In this document: positions 24,225-37,728 of the stretch, one piece after another | Layout of the letters: every line of letters begins with the position of its first letter | How positions within the stretch are numbered: position 1 is the stretch's first letter | Assembly (NCBI GenBank): GCA_964016885.1 | Contig: OZ024742.1 | Coordinates: 8,246,001-8,310,000 of the forward strand | DNA length: 64,000 bases | Source: Eledone cirrhosa | Lineage: Eukaryota | Direction: 5' to 3' | Program-made: the position numbers and the translations under genes | Notes under the pieces: generated by a model | What the model was told of the DNA's origin: nothing | Databases searched by the model: none | What the model saw: the letters and a program-made list of their open reading frames with translations, nothing else

Positions 24225-25051
24225 CTACCTGAGGTACCCGGTAATGCCCGGGAGCGGTTGTATTCCCAGTTCCCATTAAAATGCCCAATGCCTCTCAGAC
24301 CGAAAATGAAATCAAAATATAGGAGAGATATTGAAAAGCGAAGACAAATTCATTTACGAAACAATAATACAAACAAATATTGTTGATTGCATTGGTCAGG
24401 TGAAAAATATGTTTGTCAGAGAAGTTGAGTGTTGCTATAAGGAAAAAAATAGAACCCTCATTAGGGTGTCTTAATATTATTGAAATTTACTGAAATTTTG
24501 TGAATAGGCATCATATCTTGTCTTTTACCTATGGTTTAAATTTCATATAAATCGAAGGGAAAAAATTGGTAGCGGGGGTTTTGTGCCCTCGGGGAACCCT
24601 TTGATTAAAATGAAATATACTTATCCAAGTACCCTGGGCAATGTAGTTTCAGAATATATATGGTTATAGGGGTCTATCTCCCAAACCATTGGAGGAGTTC
24701 GTGAAATCTTGTTCCATTTATTGGCCAAAATGTTCACTATAGGGGGTTTAACCCCCATTAGGGTGTCTTAATATCATTGAAATTTGCTGAAATTTAGTGA
24801 ATAGGCATCATATCTTGTCATTTACCTATGGTTTAAATTTCTTATAAATCGTAGGGAAAAAATTAAGCGGGGGTTTTCAGCGGGGGTTTGAGTCCCCGGC
24901 GGACTCGTTGATTAAAATGAAATATACGTAAGAAATTAAATGAGAATGAGCTCTACACACGTGTCAAGTTTCATCAAGAACGGTTTAGTAGTTTTTGAGA
25001 TTAGGTTCACAAACAAACAAAGAGAAATTGCCATTTATGTATATATAAAGA
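24225..25051 (-). mobile_element. Non-autonomous Helitron-like element with an internal ~170-bp duplication
   Basis: Minus strand starts A|TCTTTATATATA..tgtttgtttgt and ends with the hairpin cccgggcattaccggg then GTAG|T. 24458-24630 is repeated at 24756-24928. Confidence 0.75.
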
Positions 25052-25289
25052 TGAAGCAAAAGAAATGAAATATGAAGGTCTAAAACAAAGTTATATTTAG
25101 TCCCAGGGAATTATACCTCCTGGTAGCCACCCTATTGCTGTTTCTAGATAGCTTTAAATAAAGATGGAGAAAACGAGTCTTCCGAGTTTAGGGCTCAACA
25201 GAATTCAGGGATAAATTGGAGGTAAATGTATCAGAAATATAAACAGATTTCTTTCAACTTTATGTTTATTATACCTCAGTATTTGTGAA

Positions 25290-25410
25290 GGCGCGTGGCT
25301 GAGTGGTTAGAGAATTGGATTCGCAATCGTGAGGTTGTGAGTTCGATTCCCGGGCTGGGCGATGCGTTATGTCCTTGGGCAAGACACTTTATTTCATGTT
25401 GCTCCTTCTA
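25290..25410 (+). mobile_element. tRNA-derived SINE with CORE-like domain
   Basis: A-box gtggctgagtggttag, B-box gagttcgattccc, then CORE-like tgtccttgggcaagacactt. Confidence 0.8.
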
Positions 25411-25964
25411 CCTGGAGTTGCGACCGATAGAGAGTATTAGCAATTAGAAAGACCAATGGAAACTTTGTTTCCACGGTCTGATTTGACGAAAGTCGATCGA
25501 CTGACTCTCTTTGTGTTTCTTTATGGCATCATTTAGAAATATTTCCCTCTTTTATTATGTGTTTCTAGAAAACACATCAACGGAAGCCTTTGAATCAATG
25601 TAGTGTTGGAGGTGGGGGAGGTGATTAATTAGAGTTTCCCAAAGATAACATTTGTAACCAATTGCATATCTAACAACACGTTTTGTTACTGCAAAGAAAA
25701 ATATAGGAAATAGAAATATCTGCGTAAAAATGCAGAAAATCCACTTTACTTGCAGTTTCTCACCTTCAGATAGTATTACAGTTGTAATGCCAGGTAATGT
25801 AAAAGATTGCAAGGTGGGTGACAAGGTAACGTTGCAGCTGTTCGTTTCTGTAACGATGTGTATTTTCTGTTGAAATTATACATAATAATTAGCTACTTCA
25901 CCGCTATATATATAAATATTAAAATACAAATATTAATAAAATAGTTGTTCTTTTGATCAATTAA

Positions 25965-26017
25965 ATTTTATTATACATATTTCAGAGGTTAAACAGTACG
26001 TCCTCATCAGACAAAAT
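25965..26017 (-). ncRNA. Family A hammerhead, copy 3 (helix II partly deleted)
   Basis: attttgt-CTGATGA-ggacgtactgtttaacctct-GAAA-tatgta-TA-ataaaat. Confidence 0.65.
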
Positions 26018-26669
26018 ATAATGATACATGACATACCCTGAGATGTTAAATGGTTAATATTTAATCAAAGTAGTGATTAACCCAAGAGAAAACTCAAAAT
26101 GTATACCCTAATAATGAGAAAATGAGAAACATAATAAATTCAATAGAGGATGTATGAGTAAGAAAAACGTTGCTTATGTGACAGCTATAGAGATTTTAAA
26201 ATATGGGATACTACAAGTTATGGTTATCGAGGAAAACGTTTCTTGAATTATAACTGTTTATGAAGGCAACTGAAAGAAGATTTAAAGAGAGGGAGAGATA
26301 AAGGGGAGTAATATAAGCAGAAAAAAAATGTTTTCCCTTAAAAGCTAAACGGTTAAGTTTCAAAATATTTAATTTATGCTATTTTAAGGGTGAAGAATCA
26401 AAATTTTAAGTTTTTTTAAAAGTTGATGGTTATTTATATTTATTAATTTTATTAATTCTATAAATGTGTTAACATTTCTAAAATTCTGAATTTTATGATG
26501 ACAATATTTAAAGGATTTACTTGGCCAGCGAAAGGAAAATTTACACAGTTGAATAATTTCCTAAATGTAATCTTTAACGAAAATTACCTATAAGAATGTC
26601 AACATTTTCGGTATGTAAAGCTTATGAAGTACATATTGTTAGAAATATCTAAAAACTATACTAGCTTCC

Positions 26670-27430
26670 TGTATAGATAAGAAATGCATAATATGTAAAC
26701 TAAGCACCCATATTAACTGTGAAACTAGAAACATAGTATATAGCATAAGATGTACTGAAGGACAATGTAAAGATAAGAATATAGTGTACATAGGTGAGAC
26801 AGCTCGTAGTATAGGAGAACGGTTAAATGAACACTGGCGAGAACTTCAAGATGAAAAAGAATCATCAGTACTCCACCAAAATGCTAAAATAGAACATAAG
26901 GGCAAATTAGAGAACATAGAGATAAAAATAAAATCTACTCACAGAATGTTTAGACAAATCACAGAGGCTATAAACATAAATGAACTCCAACCAAAATTAA
27001 ATAGAAAACATGAATGGAATAGCAACATCACAAATTACAATTAAGGACAAAAGGAAAACACACACACTTAGAACAAACAACCAACCAGTAACATGTAAAT
27101 AAACAAATAAATAAAAAAATAAAACACACACAGACACCCGGATGTAACACATGCTCAAACTAAGCACACAAGACACACAAAAACAAGATGGCGTAGGACA
27201 GAACAAAGGAGAGGTACAAAACAAAGAAAATAATCCCCAGTCACTGAAGAGGTCACATAATGTGTGACGAAATAACTTTGACAATATATGAACAACCGTC
27301 CGGTTGTGGAACCAACCAACCAACCGGAAATTTATAAATTCTTAAATTTAGGAATTTAATTTATAATAAATTGAAGTGAAAGCGACTGGTGCGTGTGTTT
27401 CTTATTGGCAACATTACCCTCCCAAAGTAT

Positions 27431-27435
<5 letters not shown>
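26670..27435 (+). mobile_element. 3' fragment of a PLE related to family C (GIY-YIG, 3' UTR, HHR) ending in (TA)n
   Basis: DKKCIICKLSTHINCETRNIVYSIRC..YIGETARSIGERLNEHW..RQITEAININELQPKLNR. Terminus accctcccaaagtat resembles 17270-17284. Confidence 0.88.
27240..27282 (+). ncRNA. Minimal hammerhead in PLE 3' UTR
   Basis: gtca-CTGAAGA-g-gtcaca(taatg)tgtgac-GAAA-taac-TT-tgac. Confidence 0.75.
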
Positions 27436-27472
<37 letters not shown>

Positions 27473-27477
27473 CTGAT

Positions 27478-27590
27478 TACAGCGTTGGGCTTGCAATCGT
27501 GAGGTTGTGAGTTCCATTCCCGGGCTAAGCGGTGTGTTGTGTTCTTGAGCAAGAGACGTTATTTCAGGCTGTTACAATTCACTCAGCTTA
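27478..27590 (+). mobile_element. CORE-like SINE fragment
   Basis: Homologous to 25290-25410. Confidence 0.7.
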
Positions 27591-27663
27591 GGAAGGAAAC
27601 TTTCTAGCTGCAAATCCCATGGTCATTCGGGACCGCAGGAGCCTTTACTATTTACGTATGCAT

Positions 27664-27713
<50 letters not shown>

Positions 27714-27753
27714 CCAAGAAGGATTTGTTAAGCCTTCATTACGTTTATTGATT

Positions 27754-27838
27754 GGTGACGCGCGTTTCGCTATTGATCCGCTCAAGGTTCGATCTGTATC
27801 GATTTGGCGCGTGTCTAGAATGAAAAGCTCGTCGGACC
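27754..27838 (-). ncRNA. Variant type I hammerhead (core CCGACGA, long helix II)
   Basis: ggt-CCGACGA-gct[~54 nt]agc-GAAA-cgcgcg-TC-acc. Palindromic helix III ACGCGCGT; GUC site. Confidence 0.65.
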
Positions 27839-27845
27839 TCTGCTG

Positions 27846-27909
<64 letters not shown>

Positions 27910-28523
27910 GCATGTGTGTGTATGCGTGTGTATGCGTGTGTATGTGTGTCTGTGTCTACATGTCTATATACGTATTTACAGAGCTGCTGACTGATATGTC
28001 TATTCCTAGGACGCCATAAGAAGGAGATCACATAATTTCCTGAAACTCCGACTTTCACAATACGTCATCAACTGCCTAGACATATAAACCACCCGGAACA
28101 TAGTGTTCTCTGTTGACTTTCTCCCTGTAGACATACATAGTATACACATACATACAAATTTACATACATACATATTACACACACACAGACACACAAACAT
28201 ACACACACACACATACACACTCATACCGACCTACACATATATATATATATATATATATTATACAGTTCATGCTGATCCGCTGGATTAGCCTTAATATATA
28301 TTAATTTCTATTACATTAATTTCTTCTATGCTATTGCGTATACATTCTCACTTCACTAATACTCTTGATTTCGCCCCCTTCCCTCTCTCGTTCTCTCTTT
28401 ACCCCCCCCCTCCACATATCTCTCTACATATATATCTATATACATACATATAGATATATGTATATATGCATATATATATATACACACAACATATATTATA
28501 AATAAATTAATAAATATATACAT

Positions 28524-28653
<130 letters not shown>

Positions 28654-28693
28654 CAGCATGGCCTCAGTCGGATGGCTGGAACAGGTAAAAGAG

Positions 28694-28727
<34 letters not shown>

Positions 28728-28755
28728 CGCGTGTATATAAATAATGTATATATCT

Positions 28756-28809
<54 letters not shown>

Positions 28810-30199
28810 CACACACACACAAATATATATACATATATATATATATGTATGTGTGTGTGTGTGTGTGTAGTTGTGTGTATGTGTATATGTGTGTCATTGG
28901 CCAGATAGGCGTATACAAATTAGTTTATAACCCAGGGAACGTGATTAATGGAGGACTCTTGCTTTAATATACAAGATTGTTCCAGCCGAGACAATCAGGC
29001 ACCAATTGAAAAATAATTTCTCAAATCTACCTTAGAATAATTGATTTATCAGGTTCAATGAAAGCCTATTTTTCTCCCTTGTATCACGCTTTGCTGAATC
29101 ATTGCTCTCGTTTAAAGTTGATGACAGCTTTTATTGGCCTGAGAAGATATACACTTTAGAAACTGTGGACCAATAAAACCGATTTCATGGCATGGTTACA
29201 CTAAGGGGAAAGAATTTGGTCGCAGTATGCTTGAGCAAATCTTTCACCCACCCTCATCCCTGATAGCTATAACCATTCTTATTCCTTTTTTTATTTTATT
29301 TTTATGTTGCTGCTAAAGTTTTCACTTTATTTCATGTTACTTTTTGTTGTTTTTACTTTGATTTAGATGTTTTTTCTTTTCTTTTTTAACATATATGGTA
29401 TTTTATGGTGGTGTGGGGGGGGGGGGGGGGTTCAAAGAAGTTACTGTTGTTGCCTGCAAATGTAGCGGAATACTGAGTATATGACCCTCAAAACACACAT
29501 GTGGCCAATCACTTACACAGACATACAAACATCACATACACACATATACATAAAAACATAAACACACACACAAAAACATACATAGACGCACATACTGACA
29601 CACAGACACATGTATAAAATCTCTATTCTTTTAATGCTTCAATTCATTCAACTACGGCCATGCTTGCGCATTGGCCTTCACTGATTTTAGTGAAATTTTA
29701 TCACCAACAGTTCTTTGTGTGTTATTTTATCGAAAGCTAAATGTGATAAAAACTTAAATAAATACAACTTGAAGGGATTCAAACCATGTAAGATAATTCT
29801 CCTTGGCACTCTGATTCTCTATCCCTTGGTAATATTTACATGCACACCGAGGTTTAAACAATATATTACCTCCACCGTTACCTCAATCTTGGAGGCCCTG
29901 AAGAGGTTCAAGCACGTTCCCTTTCTTGCTTTTCACTAAACATCGCTCCCCAAAATCCCACACATGCATACACAATATTTTAATTTTCACTTTTACTGTT
30001 CTCAATCCCTGTGTTCTGAGCCTGGTTCTGAGACTTCCACTTCATATAATTCTAATCTATCATACAACTTCTGAATTGTTTTGATAATTAATTCATCGAT
30101 CAGTGTTATAAACATCAGTTGAGATGTGAATGGCTGAGATTGTATAAACCGTTTATAACAATAAACAGAATGACGGGCCTCAAACCAACCTCATTCACT

Positions 30200-30385
30200 A
30201 CATGTGGTGTAGTCCCTGTTCCTAGCCAACATCTCTCACTCCATGTGGTGTAGTCCCTGGACCAAGCCAACCTCTCTCACTCCATGTGGTGTAGTCCCTG
30301 GACCTAGCCAGACTAACCTCCATGTGGTGTCGTCCCTAGAACTAGCCAGCCTAACCCCCATCTGGTAGTCTGTACATTTAGCCAG
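30200..30385. repeat. ~41-bp minisatellite, about 5 copies
   Basis: catgtggtgtagtccct...agccaac repeated. Confidence 0.8.
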
Positions 30386-30442
30386 CTTTCCATTGTCACC
30401 AAATTACTGGCCTTGTGTTTAAATTAGAAGTTATTATTATTA

Positions 30443-30876
30443 TTGGCAGTATCGGTAGAGGGTCGGACGCCATGCTTTGACGCATAGAGTTACAGCCCTT
30501 GCCATTCTGAGTTCAAATCCCGCCGAGGTCAACTTTGCCTTTCATCCTTACGGGGTCGATAAAATAAAGTACCAGTAATGCACTGGTTCATTGCTGGCTT
30601 TGTGCCAAAAGTAGAAACAATTATTACTATTATTATTAGGGTGATGGATTGGTTAGTATCGATAGAGTGTTGGACAACATGTCTTGTAGCATATAGTTTA
30701 GGCCATTTACGTTCCGTGTTCAAATAACGCCGAGTTTAGTTTTGGATTTCATCATTACAGGTTCGTTAAAATAAAGTACCAGTAATGCGATGGGGTCGAT
30801 ATATTCGACGTTTCTCTCCCACTGAAAATTGTTGGGTAATTTGCTGGCCTTGTGCCAAAAGTAGAAACAATTATTA
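30443..30876 (+). mobile_element. Two tRNA-derived SINE copies (30443-30625 and an older one at 30640-30876)
   Basis: Same family, sense orientation. Confidence 0.8.
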
Positions 30877-32014
30877 TTAATTTTAGAAGGATGAGTGATT
30901 TTGATCATATTTTAGCTGCTATTTCTAGCAAATCTAGTGACCACATAGAATCGTCCCTCATTAGCTCCGTACTTCATTGCTGTCGAAAGATGAGTATGTA
31001 TTTTGAGATGAATGAGAAGATGATATAAGGATATTTCTCAGTAAATATCATCAATGATCTTGACTTTGGTGAGCTTCGGGAAAATAGCCAATATATTTGG
31101 CAGAACTTAGACAAGCCAAATATCCTTCTTCAAAGATAAATAGAAGTTACAAATATTTGTCTCTTCTCTTAACTACGGTGATATTAGACATTGTTGTTGT
31201 TGTGGTGGCAGTTGTTGTTGTTGTTGTTGTGGTTGCTGTTGGAGTTGTTTAGCCACAGGTACCTTCGTAAGTCAGTTCTGATCAAGCAGATCGACGATCA
31301 AAGATATTCCAGCTGTGATCAACTCGTATATGATGCTGTTGATGGTGTCGTTGTTGTCGTTGTTGTTGTTGTTGCTGGCGTTGTTGGTGTTGTTTTGTGG
31401 CTTTTGTTTTAGTTGTTTAGCACACCCAGCCACCCCCATCAAACAGCTCTGGTCAAGCAGATCTCTGATCAAAGTTGATACAGCTATTATCAACTTGACT
31501 TTGTTGTTGCTGTTGCTGTTGTTCGTAATGGTGGTTTTATTGTTCCTGTTGTTGTTTTTGTTGTTGTTGCTGTTGCTGTTCTTGTCCTTGTTATTATTGT
31601 TCTTGTTATTGTTGTTCTTGTTATTGTTGTTGCTGCTGCTGCTGTTCTTGTTTAGTGACTGACCATCTATGATGGAGTAGACCGATGATCAAAAGTGTTC
31701 TAGCCATGAAAGATACTTTGTTTATTGTATCATTCCGTTTTATATAATGGTGAGATATGATTTGAGGGAAATGTTACTACTATTTCTAGCCAGGAAACTG
31801 AGCGGCTAGAAACCATTTCTATATTTTGCTCTTGTGTTGGTAGAGTCATAAGAACGTCGGATAGACAGTTTTTGTGGTATTTGATCCCTCATTCTGTGTT
31901 TACTGAGTTAAAAAATCGCGCCGAGGTCAAATTAAACTTTCAATTTTCAAGGTTTCTCAAACTATACTTGTCCAGTACTTGTGTTAATTCTTCCTCTATA
32001 TCTCTTTCCTATTT

Positions 32015-32089
<75 letters not shown>

Positions 32090-32268
32090 CCTCTCTCTCC
32101 CGCCCCCCCCCCCCCTCTCTCTCTCTCCTCTGGAAGAAATTAGCTGGGTCGATAAAATAAAGTACCAGTAATACACTGGGGCCGATTTGGTCGACATTTC
32201 CTTCCCTTCAAATTACTGGCTTTGTGCCTATACTAGAAATCATTTTTCTTCTTCTTCTTCTTCTTCTT

Positions 32269-32299
<31 letters not shown>

Positions 32300-32388
32300 A
32301 TATTATTATCATTATTAGTAGTAGTAGCAGTAGTAATAGTAATAATAGTAGTAATAGAAGTATTAGTATCAGCAGCAACAACAACAGC

Positions 32389-32429
<41 letters not shown>

Positions 32430-33146
32430 CAGCAGCAGCAGCATCAGTAGAAGCATTATTATCAGAATAATTCATCTACTTCGTCTGTAAATTTTTTGCT
32501 ATATTTTTCTATATTTTTCATAATTTCTTTTCAATTTTCAACCTCTAGTCTCTTCCTGTTTATCCTAATATTGTCTCCTCATTGACTGTACATACTGCTG
32601 CTGCTACTGCTGTTGTTGTTGTTGTTATTGTCCATTCAACTCCGACCCCCACCCCACCACAAACAGTTCTGTTTCTTCTGTTTCTTCATTTCTTTCTATC
32701 TTTTTTTTTTCTGCTATTAAAAAAGAAATTCTCGATTTCTTTCCAACGAGTTTTCGTCTACAAAAATCTTACTCTGGTAGTTATTGTTGCTATTTTTTTT
32801 TTTTATATTTTATTATTGTTGTTGTGAATTTCTTTTCTTTTTTTTTCCATTCGACATTCATGTTCATTTTGTTGTTTATACTTGTCTACCTTCCCCTCCA
32901 CCTTATATTTTCTGACAGTCTCGCCATTTTTATATTTTTTCATCTCCTTGTTATTCGTTGTTAGTGTAGATATTGCTTGATATTTTGTGTCTATTATTTC
33001 AACGATATAACATTCTTCTTCTTTACCTTGTTCAACACAATCAATTTGTGTACACTTACGACCTATAACGACAGCTGTTTACATACGTGGACATTTTTTA
33101 ACAAATAGTTCCCTCCAAATTTTATCTATGATTCTCCATCTCTAGC

Positions 33147-33199
<53 letters not shown>

Positions 33200-33212
33200 T
33201 TAATATGCAAAT

Positions 33213-33263
33213 GGCTTCTACAGGATTAGAACTGTTTCATTCGAGAGAAATCATCAGGAAGCC
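33213..33263 (-). ncRNA. Type I hammerhead ribozyme with a stable helix III
   Basis: ggcttc-CTGATGA-t-ttc(tctc)gaa-t-GAAA-cag(ttctaatc)ctg-TA-gaagcc. Confidence 0.88.
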
Positions 33264-33308
33264 CTGATGATTTCTCCCGAATGAAACAGTTCTAGTCCTG
33301 TAGAAGCC
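33264..33308 (+). ncRNA. Inverted second copy of the hammerhead, missing the 5' strand of helix I
   Basis: CTGATGA-tttctcccgaat-GAAA-cag(ttctagtc)ctg-TA-gaagcc. Confidence 0.7.
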
Positions 33309-33557
33309 ATTTCTGTATTAAATATTTATACTCTGCCTATGTATTGAGTACGTTACATACTGGCGTTAGCCCCGATTGAACCCGGGATAAACTTATGTGT
33401 ATATATATATATATGTGTGTATGTGTGTGTGTGAGTATGTGTGTGTGTGTGTGTGTATAAATATGTATATATATATCTATGTATATATAAAAAGAGAAAT
33501 GCGTGTATGGACCCATAACTCCTGGGACAGACGTATGTGCCTCTATGTATTGACATA

Positions 33558-35555
33558 AGGTGATTATAGGTATTATTTACACCTGGTATAGTCCTTCTCT
33601 TGGTGATTGTAGGTGATATCTACACCTGGTAGAGCCCATCTCTTGGTGATTGTAGGTGATATCTACACCTGGTAGAGCCCACCCCCCTCTTGGTAATTGT
33701 AGGTGATATCTACACCTGGTAGAGCCCATCTCTTGGTGATTCTAGGTGATATCTACACCTGGTAGAGCCCATCTCTTTGTAATTGTAGGTGATATCTACA
33801 CCTGGTAGAGCCCATCTCTTTGTAATTGTAGGTGATATCTACACCTGGTATAGCCCATCTCTTTGTGATTGTAGGTTATATCTACACCTGGTAGAGCCCA
33901 TATCTTTGTGATTGCAGGTGATATCTACACCTGGTAGAGCCCATCTCTTTGTGATTGTAGGTGATATCTACACCTGGTAGAGCCCATCTCTTGGGGATTG
34001 TCGGTGACATTTAAACCTGGTAGAGTCCATCTCTCACTTGGTGATTGTAGGTCATATCTACACCTGGTAGAGCCCATCTCTTGGTGATTGTAGGTCATAT
34101 CTACACCTGGAAGAGCCCATCTCTCTCTTGGTGATTGTAGGCCATATTTACACCTGGTAGAGCCCATCTCTTGGTGATTGTAGGCCATATTTACACCTGG
34201 TAGAGCCCATCTCTTGGTGATTGTAGGCCATATTTACACCTGGTAGAGCCCATCTCTTTGTAATTGTAGGTGATATCTACACCTGGTAGAGCCCATCTCT
34301 TGGGGATTGTCGGTGACATTTAAACCTGGTAGAGTCCATCTCTCACTTGGTGATTGTAGGTCATATCTACACCTGGTAGAGCCCATCTCTTGGTGATTGT
34401 AGGTCATATCTACACCTGGAAGAGCCCATCTCTCTCTTGGTGATTGTAGGCCATATTTACACCTGGTAGAGCCCATCTCTTGGTGATTGTAGGCCATATT
34501 TACACCTGGTAGAGCCCATCTCTTGGTGATTGTAGGCCATATTTACACCTGGTAGAGCCCATCCCTTGGTGATTATAGGCCATATTTACACCTGGTAGAG
34601 CCCATCTCTTGGTGATTGTAGGCCATATTTACACCTGGTAGAGCCCATCTCTTGGTGATTGTAGGCCATATTTACACCTGGTAGAGCCCATCCCTTGGTG
34701 ATTATAGGCCATATTTACACCTGGTAGAGCCCATCTCTTGGTGATTGTAGGCCATATTTACACCTGGTAGAGCCCATCTCTTGGTGATTGTAGGCCATAT
34801 TTACACCTTGTAGAGCCCATCTCTCTCTTGGTGATTGTAGGCCATATCTACACCTGGTAGAGTCCATCTCTCCCTTGGTGATTGTAGGCCATATCTACAC
34901 CTGGTAGAGCCCATCTCTTGGTGATTGTAGGCCATATTTACACCTGGTAGAGCCCATCTCTTGGTGATTGTAGGCCATATCTACACCTTGTAGAGCCCAT
35001 CTCTCTCTTGGTGATTGTAGGCCATATCTACACCTGGTAGAGTCCATCTCTCTCTTGGTGATTGTAGGCCATATCTACACCTGGTAGAGTCCATCTCTCT
35101 CTTGGTGATTGTAGGCCATATTTACACCTGGTAGAGCCCATCTCTTGGTGATTGTAGGCCACATTTACACTTGGTAGAGTCCATCTCTCACTTGGTGATT
35201 GTAGGCCATATTTACAGCTGGTAGAGCCCATCTCTCTCTTGGTGATTGTAGGCCATATCTACACTTGGTAGAGTCCATCTCTCTCTTGGTGATTGTAGGC
35301 TATATCTACACCTGGTAGAGTCCATCTCTCTCTTGGTGATTGTAGGCCATATTTACACCCTGGTTGAGCCCATCTCCTTGGTGATTGTAGGCCATATTTA
35401 CACTTGTAGAGTCCATCTCTCACTTGGTGATTGTAGGCCATATTTACACCTGGTAGAGCCCATCTCTTGGTGATTATAGGGACACATTTACACCTGGTAG
35501 AGCCCATCTCTTGGTGATTGTAGGCCATATTTACACCTGGTAGAAGGCCCATCCC
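33558..35555. repeat. 43-bp minisatellite (acacctggtagagcccatctcttggtgattgtaggccatattt), about 45 copies
   Basis: Period 43 (34502 to 34545) with 47-bp variants and a 309-bp internal duplication (33925 vs 34234). Confidence 0.95.
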
Positions 35556-35825
35556 TCTCTTCAATTTTGGACTACAGCAGATTTCTTCCAGTGAAAGGCA
35601 CAAAATAAAAGAATGACAGTGCGAATGAGATATAGAGGAACAATTGACTCTAGCACTAGACTGATACTTTATTGTTATCGACATTGCCTGGATGAGAGAC
35701 AATGTTTTCCTCGATACAATATATACATTGTACTGCTAAAAATAAAAATCTATTCATATATAACAGGAAATTATCGGATTTTTTTTCAAATTTAAAGGAA
35801 CTTTCTATGTATATTTTAGGTTGTA

Positions 35826-35884
35826 CCGTCTGAAGAGCTCAGGCTATCATAACAGATAGTCCTCAGTGAAAATATGTATAACGG
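35826..35884 (+). ncRNA. Type I hammerhead-like motif
   Basis: ccgt-CTGAAGA-gctcaggctatc(ataaca)gatagtcctcagt-GAAA-atatgta-TA-acgg. Confidence 0.7.
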
Positions 35885-36250
35885 AGTTTTAAATAAACCT
35901 GAATCAATTGAATATAGCCTCCGATTTTTTAAATTATATGTGTGTGTGTGTGTAGTATAAATATATATGTGCGTGTATGTGACCTATATGCACTGGTCAG
36001 AGACGGACACAGTCACACACACACACTCACACACATACACGCATATATATATAAATATAGACACACATATACACACACACACTTATAAACTCGTCCTAGT
36101 TAGCAGGAAATATTCACTACAAACATCTTATCCGAACGCAAGTCATATGATACATATGATTTAATATTCAGTCACCAAATTTCAGTTAGATACAGTAATG
36201 CTGTATTCGATTCTTTGAAGTCACCTGCTATAATTTCATTCAACAATACC

Positions 36251-36254
<4 letters not shown>

Positions 36255-36339
<85 letters not shown>

Positions 36340-36366
36340 CCCCCCCCTCTCTCTCTCTCTCCTCTC

Positions 36367-36424
<58 letters not shown>

Positions 36425-36439
36425 TCATCTCTCTCCCCT

Positions 36440-36506
<67 letters not shown>
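36255..36506. repeat. (CT)n microsatellite
   Basis: Direct inspection. Confidence 0.95.
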
Positions 36507-36870
36507 ATGGACTCTGTCGGGGCACCCGTCGTTATATATCTTGTCTGAAGTAGTTTTTAAAGCCAATATTTTGATTGATACAAATATTGTTTGGGTAAAT
36601 ATTTTCACTCAGTATTTTAACATCAGTTTTCTACTATTGCATCCAACACATCTCCTCCATAGAGTGTTTTGTTGTTCTTGGAGATTAATGACTAGTGAGT
36701 GACAGATCCGACATGGATGAAAGAGATAATTCTCCAGTTTAACTTGTATGTCTGTCTGAAACGATGTGGAGTCTTTATGTTGACGTAGGTAATTCTTAAT
36801 CTCAAAATATGACAAAATATTGTATTTATATATTTCGTTGTTCTTATGACAAAAATAATGTCGTTTTTAA

Positions 36871-37728
36871 ATCATCATCATCATCAACATCATCATTCAT
36901 CATCATCATCTTCATCATCATCATCATCATCATCCCTCATCATCATCACCATCGTCGTCATCATCATCATCATCATCATCATCATCAACATCATCATCAC
37001 CATCGTCGTCATCATCATCATCACCATCATCCTCACCATCATCAATATCATCATCACATCACTACCACTACCACCACCCACCACCACCACCACCCATCTT
37101 GTTGCTAGAGTCCATGATGAGATTATCATAACCATCGCCGTCCCTCCCAATTTCCCATAAAACCATATCACCAATGCCACTTCATTTACCACCACATCTC
37201 ACACACCTCCCACCATCATCACCGCTACCAACACCACCATCACACCTGACACTGCTCCCACCACGTCACTATCACCAACACCACCGCCACCATCACCCCC
37301 ACCACCAACACCACCGCCACCATCACCACCACCACCAACACCACCACCACACCTGACACTGTTCCAACCCACGTCACTACCCACCACACCACCCGCCATC
37401 ATCCACCACCACCACCACCACCACCACCACCACCACCATTACCACCACTACACCAACCACACCACCACCACCATCACCACCACTACCACCAACAACCACT
37501 ACCACCACCACCAACCACCACCATCACCAGCAACTACCACCAACACCACACACACCATCAACACCACTACGACCAACACCACCACCACCACCACCACCAC
37601 CATCACCAACACCATCACCACCACCACCATCACCACGACTACCACCAACACCAACACCACTACCACCAACACCACCATCACCAACACCACCACCATCACC
37701 ACCACTACCACCAACACCACACCACCAC
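36871..37728. repeat. (CAT)n/(CAC)n low-complexity block
   Basis: Direct inspection. Confidence 0.9.

Noticed and set aside
25290-25370. tRNA gene
   Set aside because: The A and B boxes run into a CORE-like SINE body and the sequence is repeated elsewhere, so it is a SINE head.
33558-35555. CRISPR-like regular repeats
   Set aside because: The units are contiguous with no unique spacers, there are no cas genes and the context is eukaryotic.
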